Positions 18,556 through 27,994 of a stretch of 64,000 nt of DNA are shown piece after piece (position 1 is the first letter of the stretch; every line of letters begins with the position of its first letter). Origin of the DNA: a virus; the IMG/VR virus record IMGVR_UViG_3300042691_027609; one strand, written 5' to 3'. Both the position numbers and the translations under genes were made by a program. Under the pieces are notes generated by a model, which saw only the letters and a program-made list of their open reading frames with translations, did no database searches and had not been told where the DNA came from.

Positions 18556-20310
18556 ATGGCTGAAACACTAATTTCCCCGGGTATACAATTAAGAGAAAAC
18601 GATCTAAGTCAAATATCTGAGGGTCCAATAGAAGCAGGTGCTGCTTTATTAGGACCTACAGTTTACGGACCGGTCAGCATTCCTACAGTAGTTAGATCAT
18701 ACTCCGACTATAAATCCAAATTCGGAGCGTCTTTCGTTTCTGGAGGTCAAAACTACGAATACTTAACCTCTATCGCTGCGCTAAACTATTTTGAGCAGGG
18801 AGGAACAAGTCTATTAGTAACAAGAGTAGCTTCTGGATCGTATACTGCTGCCACAGCTAGTGTAACAGGATCAGGTGCCGGTAGAACTCCGTTTGTATTA
18901 GAGACTCTATCAGTTGGAACTATCATGAATAACAGCGGATCTGCAATATCAAGTTCTCTTGTGAGTGGATCAAACGCAAACATTCGTTGGGAAATCGCAG
19001 CCGCAAGTTCAGCATCAGGTCAGTTTACTCTTTTAATTAGAAGAGGAGACGATAGCAATCAGAATAAAACTATATTAGAAACGTGGAGTAACTTATCTCT
19101 TGATCCCAACGAAACAAATTATATAGCGTATGTTATTGGTGATCAAGTAGAAACTAGATTGACTGATGAATTTGGAAATGCATATCTAACAACTTCAGGA
19201 TCTTACGTCAATAAATCAAGATACATAAGAGTAAAAGATGTTAATAATCCAACACCGAATTATTTCACATCTGTAGGTACCGCAGATCCACAATATACCG
19301 CTTCAATACCTGCAGTCGGATCAGGATCTTTACATGGTGCGTTTGGTGGAGCAACAGGAGATATTTGGGGAGGATATTCTATTGCTGGAACTGCATTAAA
19401 AATGTTTGAATCAATACCATCAGCAGCAGCAACTCAAACGAACAATATACAGGGTTTGATGCCAGGTAATTACACTGGTCCTATAGGTCTTTTAGAAAAT
19501 AAAGAAGCATACGATTTCAACGTAATATATGCACCTGGTATAAACAACCAAAACGCACCAACTATCGTACAGAGCTTGTTAGAATTGGCTCAAGATAGAG
19601 GAGATTGTATTGCTGTTGTAGATATGGTTGGTTATAACCAAAGCATGACTACTGCGACAACTAATGCCGCATCATACGATAACTCATATGCAGCAACATA
19701 TTTCCCATGGTTAATGGTTAGAAGTAGAGAAACCGGTAAGATGAATTTCGTACCACCTTCTACCATCATACCAGCTATATACGAATATAACGATAAAGTT
19801 GCCGCAGAATGGTTCGCTCCCGCTGGTCTTAACAGAGGAACCCTTGCAACAGTTCTACGCCCAGAAAGAAGATTGAGTTTGGACGAAAGGAACTTCTTAT
19901 ATGCAGGAAAAGTTAACCCTATTGCTGCATTCTCAGGAGTTGGTACAGTTGTTTACGGACAAAAAACTCTTCAAGCCAGAGCAACTGCTCTTGATAGAGT
20001 AAACGTTAGAAGATTGTTGATCTCATTGAAGAGATACATCAGAAGAGTTGCTGAAGATTTGATCTTTGAACCAAATACACAAGTAACACGTAATAAGTTC
20101 TTAAACCAAGTTAATCCATATTTGGAATACGTACAACAGAGACAAGGTCTATACGCTTTCCAAGTAATAATGGACGATAGCAATAACACAGCTGATGTAG
20201 TGGATAGAAACCAATTAGTTGGAGCAATCTACTTACAACCAACTAGAGTTGCAGAATTTATCTATCTTGACTTCAACATTTTACCAACTGGCGCATCATT
20301 TGGAGCGTAA
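18556..20310 (+). CDS. Contractile tail sheath protein (gp18-like)
   Basis: SPGI..RE.D, WFAPAGLNRG, VYGQKTL, DRVNVRRL and FEPN motifs. Confidence 0.95.
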   Translation: MAETLISPGIQLRENDLSQISEGPIEAGAALLGPTVYGPVSIPTVVRSYSDYKSKFGASFVSGGQNYEYLTSIAALNYFEQGGTSLLVTRVASGSYTAATASVTGSGAGRTPFVLETLSVGTIMNNSGSAISSSLVSGSNANIRWEIAAASSASGQFTLLIRRGDDSNQNKTILETWSNLSLDPNETNYIAYVIGDQVETRLTDEFGNAYLTTSGSYVNKSRYIRVKDVNNPTPNYFTSVGTADPQYTASIPAVGSGSLHGAFGGATGDIWGGYSIAGTALKMFESIPSAAATQTNNIQGLMPGNYTGPIGLLENKEAYDFNVIYAPGINNQNAPTIVQSLLELAQDRGDCIAVVDMVGYNQSMTTATTNAASYDNSYAATYFPWLMVRSRETGKMNFVPPSTIIPAIYEYNDKVAAEWFAPAGLNRGTLATVLRPERRLSLDERNFLYAGKVNPIAAFSGVGTVVYGQKTLQARATALDRVNVRRLLISLKRYIRRVAEDLIFEPNTQVTRNKFLNQVNPYLEYVQQRQGLYAFQVIMDDSNNTADVVDRNQLVGAIYLQPTRVAEFIYLDFNILPTGASFGA

Positions 20311-20329
20311 AAACAGAAAATAAATAAAA

Positions 20330-20695
20330 ATGAACGATAATACAAGAATCAGAATCAAAGTACCAGCGCACTTATACGAAAGCGTAAAAAAGAGGCTGGC
20401 AATAAAAGAAGGCAAATCCGATTTTTCTGGAGGAGCGTATACGCAACCTGTAAAAGAAAAGAAAAACGTCGGTGAAAAACCTAAGTCTGAAATGAAAAAA
20501 GTCGGCACTCCAAAAGAAGAGGGCAAAGAAAAAACCATTGAAGAAAGGTTAGCAACTCTAGAAAACCTAATGAAAGAAATGGTCAAGGAAAAGAAAATGA
20601 TGAAAAAAGAGAGTGAAAAAGATCAAAGTTACGAAGCTGGAAAACAGCGTCCATCTATAGAAGAAAAAGACGAGGACGATAAAGAAGAAGATTAA
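20330..20695 (+). CDS. Charged hypothetical protein (possible internal head protein)
   Basis: Lys/Glu-rich, with LYE, IKE and VKE sites. Confidence 0.55.
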   Translation: MNDNTRIRIKVPAHLYESVKKRLAIKEGKSDFSGGAYTQPVKEKKNVGEKPKSEMKKVGTPKEEGKEKTIEERLATLENLMKEMVKEKKMMKKESEKDQSYEAGKQRPSIEEKDEDDKEED

Positions 20696-20740
20696 AAACA
20701 CAAAACAGAGATATTTATAAAAAATTAAAATCGATATAAC

Positions 20741-21226
20741 ATGGCAGTACTTGATCCCAATGAAATAATGTTTACGGCGTTTGAACCTACCGTTGCCAAC
20801 AGGTTCGTGATGTTCGTAGACGGTTTACCTTCATACTTGATCAAAAAAGCGGATGCTCCAGGTATAACAATGAACGAGATCAAATTAGATCACATCAACG
20901 TATACAGAAAGCTCAAAGGTAAAGCAGAGTGGAAAAACATTACACTAACACTACACAATCCAATTTCTCCTTCAGGTCAACAGATCGTTATGGAGTGGGT
21001 AAGACTACACCACGAATCAGTTACCGGTCGTGATGGTTATTCTGACTTCTACAAGAAAGATGTAAGTATGAGTCTATTGGGTCCGGTCGGTGATATCGTA
21101 ACTGAATGGATCATCAAGGGCGCATTTATCACAGAGGCTGGATTTGGTACTTACGATTGGAGTTCCGGCGATCCTGTAGAGATTACAATGACTCTGGGAA
21201 TGGATTATTGCATCCTTAACTACTAA
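20741..21226 (+). CDS. Tail tube protein (gp19-like)
   Basis: FEP..NRF, W.NITLT, YKKD..LGPVGD..EW..GAF motifs; follows the sheath gene. Confidence 0.9.
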   Translation: MAVLDPNEIMFTAFEPTVANRFVMFVDGLPSYLIKKADAPGITMNEIKLDHINVYRKLKGKAEWKNITLTLHNPISPSGQQIVMEWVRLHHESVTGRDGYSDFYKKDVSMSLLGPVGDIVTEWIIKGAFITEAGFGTYDWSSGDPVEITMTLGMDYCILNY

Positions 21227-21245
21227 TTTTTTCATAACACAACAT

Positions 21246-21280
21246 AAAGCCTCCACTGCTTCGGTATTGGAGGTTTTTTT
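21246..21280 (+). terminator. Intrinsic terminator after the tail tube gene
   Basis: AAAGCCTCCA...TTCG...TGGAGGTTTT followed by a T run. Confidence 0.85.
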
Positions 21281-21360
21281 ATGTGAATAAGTGAACACAA
21301 AAAAGATTAATTGTTATAAAAAAATCCGTATCTGTATATTTATAATAAAATAAATAATTT

Positions 21361-22110
21361 ATGGCAGAGTTAAAAATTCCTACAGAGACTATAGAATTGC
21401 CCTCAAAAGGCTTGGTTTATCCGAAAGACAATCCCCTATCAGAGGGGAAAATAGAAATGAGATACATGACTGCTAAGCACGAAGATATTCTTACGAACGC
21501 TAATTACATGAAGCAAGGCATCGTATTTGATAAGTTGTTGCAGTCTTTGATAGTATCAAAAATAAATTATAACGATTTGGTTATCGGAGACAAGGATGCC
21601 ATATTAGTTGGTGCAAGAATTTTGGGTTATGGAAAAGATTACAAGATAACTTACACGAATCCAAATACAGGAGAAGACGAACCTGTTAACATAGATTTGA
21701 CAGAGATTAAAGAAAAGGATGTAGACTATTCGTTGTTCAATAATCAGAACGAATTTACTTTCGCTTTGCCGTCATCTGGCGATGAGGTCACTTTCAAGTT
21801 AATCACTCACGCTGACGAAAAAAAGATCGATGACGAAATAAAAGCAAATCTAAAACTTAATATATCCAGCAATATTACCTCAAAATTGAAACACAGCATT
21901 ACTGCTGTTAACGGAGATACAAGTTTAAAAACAATTAGAACTTTCGTAGACGAATACTTGTTGTCAACTGACTCAAGAGCATTAAGAGAGTACATGAGAG
22001 AAGTATCACCCGGATTGGATATGAGATTTACATTTGTCGGATCTGATGGCTACATCGAGGAGGGTGTAGAAATACCAATTGGCTTTTCATTTTTTTATCC
22101 CGCAGTCTAA
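21361..22110 (+). CDS. Baseplate hub assembly/tail assembly chaperone (gp26-like)
   Basis: LPSKG, MTAKHEDIL and ARILGYG motifs; lies between tube and tape measure. Confidence 0.75.
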   Translation: MAELKIPTETIELPSKGLVYPKDNPLSEGKIEMRYMTAKHEDILTNANYMKQGIVFDKLLQSLIVSKINYNDLVIGDKDAILVGARILGYGKDYKITYTNPNTGEDEPVNIDLTEIKEKDVDYSLFNNQNEFTFALPSSGDEVTFKLITHADEKKIDDEIKANLKLNISSNITSKLKHSITAVNGDTSLKTIRTFVDEYLLSTDSRALREYMREVSPGLDMRFTFVGSDGYIEEGVEIPIGFSFFYPAV

Positions 22111-22408
22111 TTATAGAGCAAACATATTTAAGGAAGTCCACGAAATAGTATTTCATGGGAAAGGTGGTTATGACTGGGAAACTGTTTATAACATGCCGAT
22201 ATGGCTAAGACGCTATACGTATAACGAAATTAAAGTATTCTACGAAAAAGAGCGAGAAGAGTACGAAAGAGCGTCGGGCGAAAACACGATTACGTCTAGA
22301 ACAGATCCAAGAAAGATAATAGACAGCGCGCCTAAACAAGTGCAAGCAGTGAACAATCCCTCGTTTGTGAGTAAAATCAAATCTTCTTCGAAGACAAATA
22401 AAAAATAG
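22079..22408 (+). CDS. Tail chaperone C-terminal extension, probably reached by frameshift
   Basis: Overlaps the upstream gene across a T7 run; only a TTG start; HGKGGYDW..VYNMPIWLRR motif. Confidence 0.6.
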   Translation: MAFHFFIPQSNYRANIFKEVHEIVFHGKGGYDWETVYNMPIWLRRYTYNEIKVFYEKEREEYERASGENTITSRTDPRKIIDSAPKQVQAVNNPSFVSKIKSSSKTNKK

Positions 22409-22440
22409 TTCTTTAATATTTATAAGAAACGATTTTTGTA

Positions 22441-25400
22441 ATGGCAGAAGAAAAAGATAATCCCTCAGAAAATATAGGTAATCAAGAAAAAATCTTAGCT
22501 ACAAAAAAGAAAATTCTCGAACTACACGAGAAAGAAAAGAACTTGCGTAAAGAATTGGACAAAATGTCCAGTAAAACAGTAAAGGATCAACAGGATCAAT
22601 CCAAGCACTTAGAGAAACAAAAAAAACTTCTTGATGAAATTATAAAGCAAAAGAAAACTTTACAAGCTGATTTAAAAGAATCAAACAAACAGCGTAAACA
22701 AGAAGAGGACTCTGTCACTACGGTAAACGATGGTTTAAAACAAACTATCAAATCGCAAGAAAAATTAAACGATTTAAAAGCAAAATCAGGAAACGGAAGA
22801 GAAGAAGTGAATACTATCTTGCAAGCGAATAAAGGTTTGCTCGATCAATTGAAAACTTTGCAAAGTCAACAAAATTTATCTACTGCATACAAAAAACAAA
22901 AGCGTGAAGAGCTAATACAGCAAATAGAGATAAACAAAGAAAAATTATCGGCTTTAGACATAGATAAGCAAGCTCAAAAAGCAATACTAAGAAACCAATC
23001 AAAACAGACACAAGACGTACAAAGACCTGCTCAACCGTCTGCGCCAAAAGCCAAAGAGAGCATTGCTCCGCCAATTCCAGATGCAGGTTCAGAAAAAGCT
23101 GAATCTGCGGCTGCTGCATACGAAAGAAGTTTGTCTGCTGCGAGAGGAATAGTTGAAATGGCAAAAGAAATAGCAAAGCAGGAGGGTTATTATAATGATA
23201 CCCAAAAACAAAATATAAAACTACTAGAAAAATCTATTTCATTGAGAGAAAGCGTGGAAGCTTCTATAGAAGCGGCTATTGAAGAGGGTCGTGATTTAGA
23301 TGACATCGAAAAATCTATATCAAAAAATGTACAGAGTAGAATATTTACACAAAATAGATTAAAAGAACTACAGAGCTCAGGATTGGTTGATGTTAAATCT
23401 GTTTTAGAAAAACAGAAAGCAATCGAAAAGGCGATGAAAGATCAAGAGCTCGCCGAAAGCAAAGTTTCCGAGATCAGAAAGAGACTAATTTCTCAAGGAG
23501 AAACAGATTATGAAGTAATCGAAAAAGCAATAAAAGCAGAACAAATCAAAGCTGACGCCGCAGCATCAGAAGTAGAGCAGTTGAAAAGCAAGATGCATCT
23601 GCACGAAATCGAATACATATCATTAAATAAAGCAGTAGAGGAGTATAACAAAGTAAACGATCTACTTAAAAAACAGCGAGAATACCAAAAAGAGATAAAC
23701 GATAGAATGGGTCTTTTTGGAAAATCTGTAAAAGTTTTAGGTGGCGTATTGGATCATTTTGGAGTTGGAAAATTCCTAAAGATCAACGAAGCGATAGACG
23801 CAATGCGTGAGAAAGCCGCAGCAGGAGGAAGCAAACTAAGCGTTATGTTTACCGGTTTGGGCAACATATTAAAAAATGTCGCTAAATCGCTAATGGATCC
23901 AGTAGCAATCATAACTGGTATAGTTGGATTGTTTACAACCTTGGTAAAAAAAGCAGTAGAATTTCAATCGAAAAACTTTGAAGCAGCTAAAGCACTCGGA
24001 ATGAGCGTTAGCGAAGCCGGAAAATTGAGAGATAGATTCGATCAAATTGCTAACAAAAATGGACAGTTAGCGTTGACGTCTGGACAATTGTTAGAGACGC
24101 AGCAAAAAATGAACGAGCAGTTGGGATTCATGGCTCCTTCTACAGAAGAATTTGCTACACAGACCACGCTGATTATGCGTAGATTCGGCGCTTCCGCAGA
24201 AAGCATGTCAGAACTTCAGTTGTACGCTGCAAAAAGCGGTAAGACTTTGCAAAGCACGTTTGCAACTGTTGTTGGAACTGGTAAAGCTAAAGCTGCGCAA
24301 TTAAAAATAGCGATGACAGAAAAACAGATACTCGATGAAGTGTCTAAAGTCTCGTCTACAGTTTACTCAAACTTTAAAGGAAACGTTCCGGCTTTAGCAG
24401 CAGCAGTAGTTGAAGCCAAAAAAATGGGAATGAGTCTTGATCAAGTTAATAAGATAGGTGATTCTCTATTGGATTTTGAAAGCAGCATGAGCAAAGAGAT
24501 GGAAGCTCAACTTTTGACAGGTAAACAAATAGACATGTCAAAAGCTAGAGAACTTGCTTTAGCGGGAAATACAGCTGGATTGATGAAAGAGCTCAACAAA
24601 CAAATAGGATCCCAAGCACAGTACGAAAAAATGAATGTTATACAAAAACAAGCGTACGCAGAAGCTATAGGTATGAGCAGAGAGGAAATGGATAAGATGT
24701 TTCACGAACAGAAAAAAGCTCAAGAATTAGGGGCACTTGCGAGCGAATCACAGTCAAAACAATATAGTGAATTAGTAAAAAAAGGAAAGAGTCACGCAGA
24801 GATCGCTAAAATAATGGGAGAAGAATCTGCTAACTCTGCACAACAAGCATCTGTGCAAGAGAAGATGGCCACCGCAATGGAAAGAGTCAACGAGATTATT
24901 GGTAAGGCCAGTCAAGCATTCATGCCTCTAATAGAAAAGGTGGTAGCATTCTTGTCAAATACAAAAAACGTAGAAGACATTGTTCACAAAATAGAATCTG
25001 GTGTAAAATCTGTTGGATCGGCATTGATGGAAGCAGGTAGGTTTATAAGAGACAATATGACGCTATTAAAAATATTAGCCGGAATATTTGTAGGGATAAA
25101 AGTCACCATGTTTACGATAAACAAATTGCAAGCTGCCCAGAATCTCGCAAAAAAACTTGGCTTAGGAGTATCAAAGCAGCAATCGACTAAAGATAAAGAG
25201 ATACTTAATACAAAAAAGAAACAGGATCTACAAGAAAAGAAAATAGGTAGATCGAAAAAAGGTAACGTTACAACATCTAAAACCCAAGGAACGGTAGATA
25301 AGGGAACTTTAAACACGACAAGAATACGTAACACAACAGAAAAAGCTATAGGCAGCTCTAAAAAGAAAAACATAGCAACGTCAGTCTTAGAAGGCGGCAA

Positions 25401-25827
25401 AGAAAAGAAAAACGCGGGTCTCAGCATAGTAAGAGCTATTTCATCAGTAACAGCGGGCTCTGGTTGGATGGGTCCATTGGCTCTTGGTGTTGGTATTGCA
25501 GCTGGTACTTATTTATATTCTAAACTATCTAGCGCAGGCGGCGGAGACAGTGGTGGTGGAGATATGGGCGGAGGCGCGGGTTCCGCTGGAGCTCCAGCTG
25601 CTCCCGATAAAGGAATGAATCCAATGAATCAAGCCGCTGAAACACAAAAAGTAGTAAATACAGCTTTGGTTAGAAACGTAAAAGACGTAGACAGACCTAC
25701 TTCTACCAATTTAACTGTTGTGAACAATGTTGATCCTTTCACAGGTAAGAGTCTGGTTAAAGTTATATCTAACGATCCATCATCATATAGCGATAGCTCT
25801 AAAATAGCTGCTACAACTAGATCATAA
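22441..25827 (+). CDS. Tape measure protein
   Basis: 1128 aa, helical and Ala/Lys/Glu-rich with hydrophobic stretches; follows the chaperone genes. Confidence 0.85.
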   Translation: MAEEKDNPSENIGNQEKILATKKKILELHEKEKNLRKELDKMSSKTVKDQQDQSKHLEKQKKLLDEIIKQKKTLQADLKESNKQRKQEEDSVTTVNDGLKQTIKSQEKLNDLKAKSGNGREEVNTILQANKGLLDQLKTLQSQQNLSTAYKKQKREELIQQIEINKEKLSALDIDKQAQKAILRNQSKQTQDVQRPAQPSAPKAKESIAPPIPDAGSEKAESAAAAYERSLSAARGIVEMAKEIAKQEGYYNDTQKQNIKLLEKSISLRESVEASIEAAIEEGRDLDDIEKSISKNVQSRIFTQNRLKELQSSGLVDVKSVLEKQKAIEKAMKDQELAESKVSEIRKRLISQGETDYEVIEKAIKAEQIKADAAASEVEQLKSKMHLHEIEYISLNKAVEEYNKVNDLLKKQREYQKEINDRMGLFGKSVKVLGGVLDHFGVGKFLKINEAIDAMREKAAAGGSKLSVMFTGLGNILKNVAKSLMDPVAIITGIVGLFTTLVKKAVEFQSKNFEAAKALGMSVSEAGKLRDRFDQIANKNGQLALTSGQLLETQQKMNEQLGFMAPSTEEFATQTTLIMRRFGASAESMSELQLYAAKSGKTLQSTFATVVGTGKAKAAQLKIAMTEKQILDEVSKVSSTVYSNFKGNVPALAAAVVEAKKMGMSLDQVNKIGDSLLDFESSMSKEMEAQLLTGKQIDMSKARELALAGNTAGLMKELNKQIGSQAQYEKMNVIQKQAYAEAIGMSREEMDKMFHEQKKAQELGALASESQSKQYSELVKKGKSHAEIAKIMGEESANSAQQASVQEKMATAMERVNEIIGKASQAFMPLIEKVVAFLSNTKNVEDIVHKIESGVKSVGSALMEAGRFIRDNMTLLKILAGIFVGIKVTMFTINKLQAAQNLAKKLGLGVSKQQSTKDKEILNTKKKQDLQEKKIGRSKKGNVTTSKTQGTVDKGTLNTTRIRNTTEKAIGSSKKKNIATSVLEGGKEKKNAGLSIVRAISSVTAGSGWMGPLALGVGIAAGTYLYSKLSSAGGGDSGGGDMGGGAGSAGAPAAPDKGMNPMNQAAETQKVVNTALVRNVKDVDRPTSTNLTVVNNVDPFTGKSLVKVISNDPSSYSDSSKIAATTRS

Positions 25828-25840
25828 AAATAAGCAAAAA

Positions 25841-27670
25841 ATGCCACTAATAACGCTAAAAACTAATTTAAAGAATTTAAAATACGGAAAAGATCGATTG
25901 GGCGGAGGAAGTTCAAATCAACCGTACATGACTTTCCCAATTGACGAGGGATCGACGACTCCTGATCCGTTTAAATCTTTTTATATAGCGAACAGAACAA
26001 CACGAGATTTTCCTGTGCGGGGTGGTGGATTCGTGGAGCAATTGTCTAATGGGTTAGGGAGTCAAACTATAGCTTCGCAAATAGACAAAGAAAGAATACA
26101 AAAGTTTTTACAAGACGGTGAAAGGGGTCCTGCATTTATAAGAAAGCAGATTGGTTTACAACTATCTGGACCAAAGATGCAAACAGCAGAAGTCAATCCA
26201 AACTTTAAGTTAGATGATTTTCCAGGTCTAATTGAAAATACTCGACTTTACAATCGCGGTAGAAATACTTTAACATCAGTGCAATACGCAGGTAACGGTG
26301 TGTTTTTAAACAGGGCCGGTGCACTGCCTTTTAACCCGAAAGAAAAATTCTATGCGGATACTATGAAGCAGGAATTTTTGCCAATTAATGAAGATAAAAT
26401 AGAAAGCATTAACAGATTGTTAATTTTAAGAACTCTAAAGTTAACATCTAGAAATTCTAATCCTATTCAAAATATAAGCGATTTTAGCGTTGTAAACGCA
26501 TTAGGAATTTCTTTAAATAGAAATAATATATTTGAATACTTAGGAGGTCCCGGATCAGTATATGGAGTTGGCTCTACAACAGTTAGAAGATCGTATTACG
26601 ACACATCAGAAGCCGTCAATAAAGAAACGTCAGATGGAGTTATATTAAATAGGTTGACTTTGACATATGACAAAATAATGGAAAAGAAAACTAGTACTTC
26701 TACAGGAATGCAAGAAGTTAGAGGCGATGGTTTTACTGGACCCATTCAATTTCCATCTACCAACAAAAGTGTTAGAAGCGATTACGAAGATTATAGAAAC
26801 AATGAAAATTTTGACGGAGGGTTTGCTGGTAGAAAAAATTCTTCGTGGGAAGTTGATGGAAGAATAGAAAATAGATTTTATGTAAAAAATACTAGAACGG
26901 ACAAAATAAATCGAACAAGTCAATTTGTATTCGATTCAAGTCAATCAGATCCTTGGGAAGTTAAAAAAGAGGACACAGACGATTTAATTAAATTCGTTTT
27001 TGAATGCATAGATAACGATTTGAGTGGAGAAGATGTCGCAATATTTTTTAGAGCACACTTAGGACAGATTACTGATAACCATAAAGCAAGTTGGAATGGC
27101 TTTAAATACATGGGTAGAGGAGAAAACTTTTATACCTATCAAGGCGTTGATCGTACTTTTAGTACCAGTTTTAAGTTAGCAATAGGTTCATACCAAGAAC
27201 TTGGAGTAGTATATAATAAATTAAATTATTTAATTTCCCAGGTATATCCAGATTACAATTTGAATACACAATTTATGAGAGCACCGTTAATGAGATTGAC
27301 TATAGGTGATTATCTATACAGAGCGTACGGATATCTCGAAAGCGTTGACGTATCAGTAGATGATAAAAGTAGTTGGGAAATTACGGACGGTCAACAATTA
27401 CCGCATGTGTTAAATGTTAGTTTTGGGTATAAAATCATAGAGAAAACACTTCCTCAAAGAGGTCAATCAGGCTATAACTTCACTAAATTTATTGGCGAAC
27501 CTTTATTTAAAGACGACCAATCTATCATAGATGCAAGATTTGCTAAGTTAAAACAGAGAGAGAAAGATTTAGCAGACGCAAAAAAACAACGGGAAAATAG
27601 TCAACAAGCATTCAACAGTGCATTAAGAAGCGTAGCAACAAGTATAGCAACAGGAGGACTTTTACGATAA
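25841..27670 (+). CDS. Baseplate/tail tube initiator-like protein
   Basis: Y.GRGE.FYTY and P.MRLTIGD motifs; synteny. Confidence 0.6.
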   Translation: MPLITLKTNLKNLKYGKDRLGGGSSNQPYMTFPIDEGSTTPDPFKSFYIANRTTRDFPVRGGGFVEQLSNGLGSQTIASQIDKERIQKFLQDGERGPAFIRKQIGLQLSGPKMQTAEVNPNFKLDDFPGLIENTRLYNRGRNTLTSVQYAGNGVFLNRAGALPFNPKEKFYADTMKQEFLPINEDKIESINRLLILRTLKLTSRNSNPIQNISDFSVVNALGISLNRNNIFEYLGGPGSVYGVGSTTVRRSYYDTSEAVNKETSDGVILNRLTLTYDKIMEKKTSTSTGMQEVRGDGFTGPIQFPSTNKSVRSDYEDYRNNENFDGGFAGRKNSSWEVDGRIENRFYVKNTRTDKINRTSQFVFDSSQSDPWEVKKEDTDDLIKFVFECIDNDLSGEDVAIFFRAHLGQITDNHKASWNGFKYMGRGENFYTYQGVDRTFSTSFKLAIGSYQELGVVYNKLNYLISQVYPDYNLNTQFMRAPLMRLTIGDYLYRAYGYLESVDVSVDDKSSWEITDGQQLPHVLNVSFGYKIIEKTLPQRGQSGYNFTKFIGEPLFKDDQSIIDARFAKLKQREKDLADAKKQRENSQQAFNSALRSVATSIATGGLLR

Positions 27671-27684
27671 ATAAAAAGTAATAT

Positions 27685-27993
27685 ATGGCATATAGATACG
27701 AAAATATTAAAAAAACCAAGAACACTAGCAATAGTGCAGAGTATTATGTAAACACTATTTATCCTGATGTACCCGTATCTAATAACGATCAATACGTAAT
27801 AACTACTTACGGAGATAGATTGGATTTGTTAGCCTTCGATATATATAAAGATCAAAGCCTTTGGTGGTTAATAGCTTCGGCAAACAATCTGCCAGGAGAC
27901 TCTTTATATCCACCAGTGGGTACTCAATTAAGAATACCGACAAACATACAAGGAGCAATAACACAATACAAAGCTATAAACGGATTAAGATAA
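27685..27993 (+). CDS. LysM-like baseplate wedge protein (gp53/gpX-like)
   Basis: GDRLDLLA..Y.D.SLWW.IA.AN..G.QLRIP motif. Confidence 0.85.
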   Translation: MAYRYENIKKTKNTSNSAEYYVNTIYPDVPVSNNDQYVITTYGDRLDLLAFDIYKDQSLWWLIASANNLPGDSLYPPVGTQLRIPTNIQGAITQYKAINGLR

Positions 27994-27994
27994 T

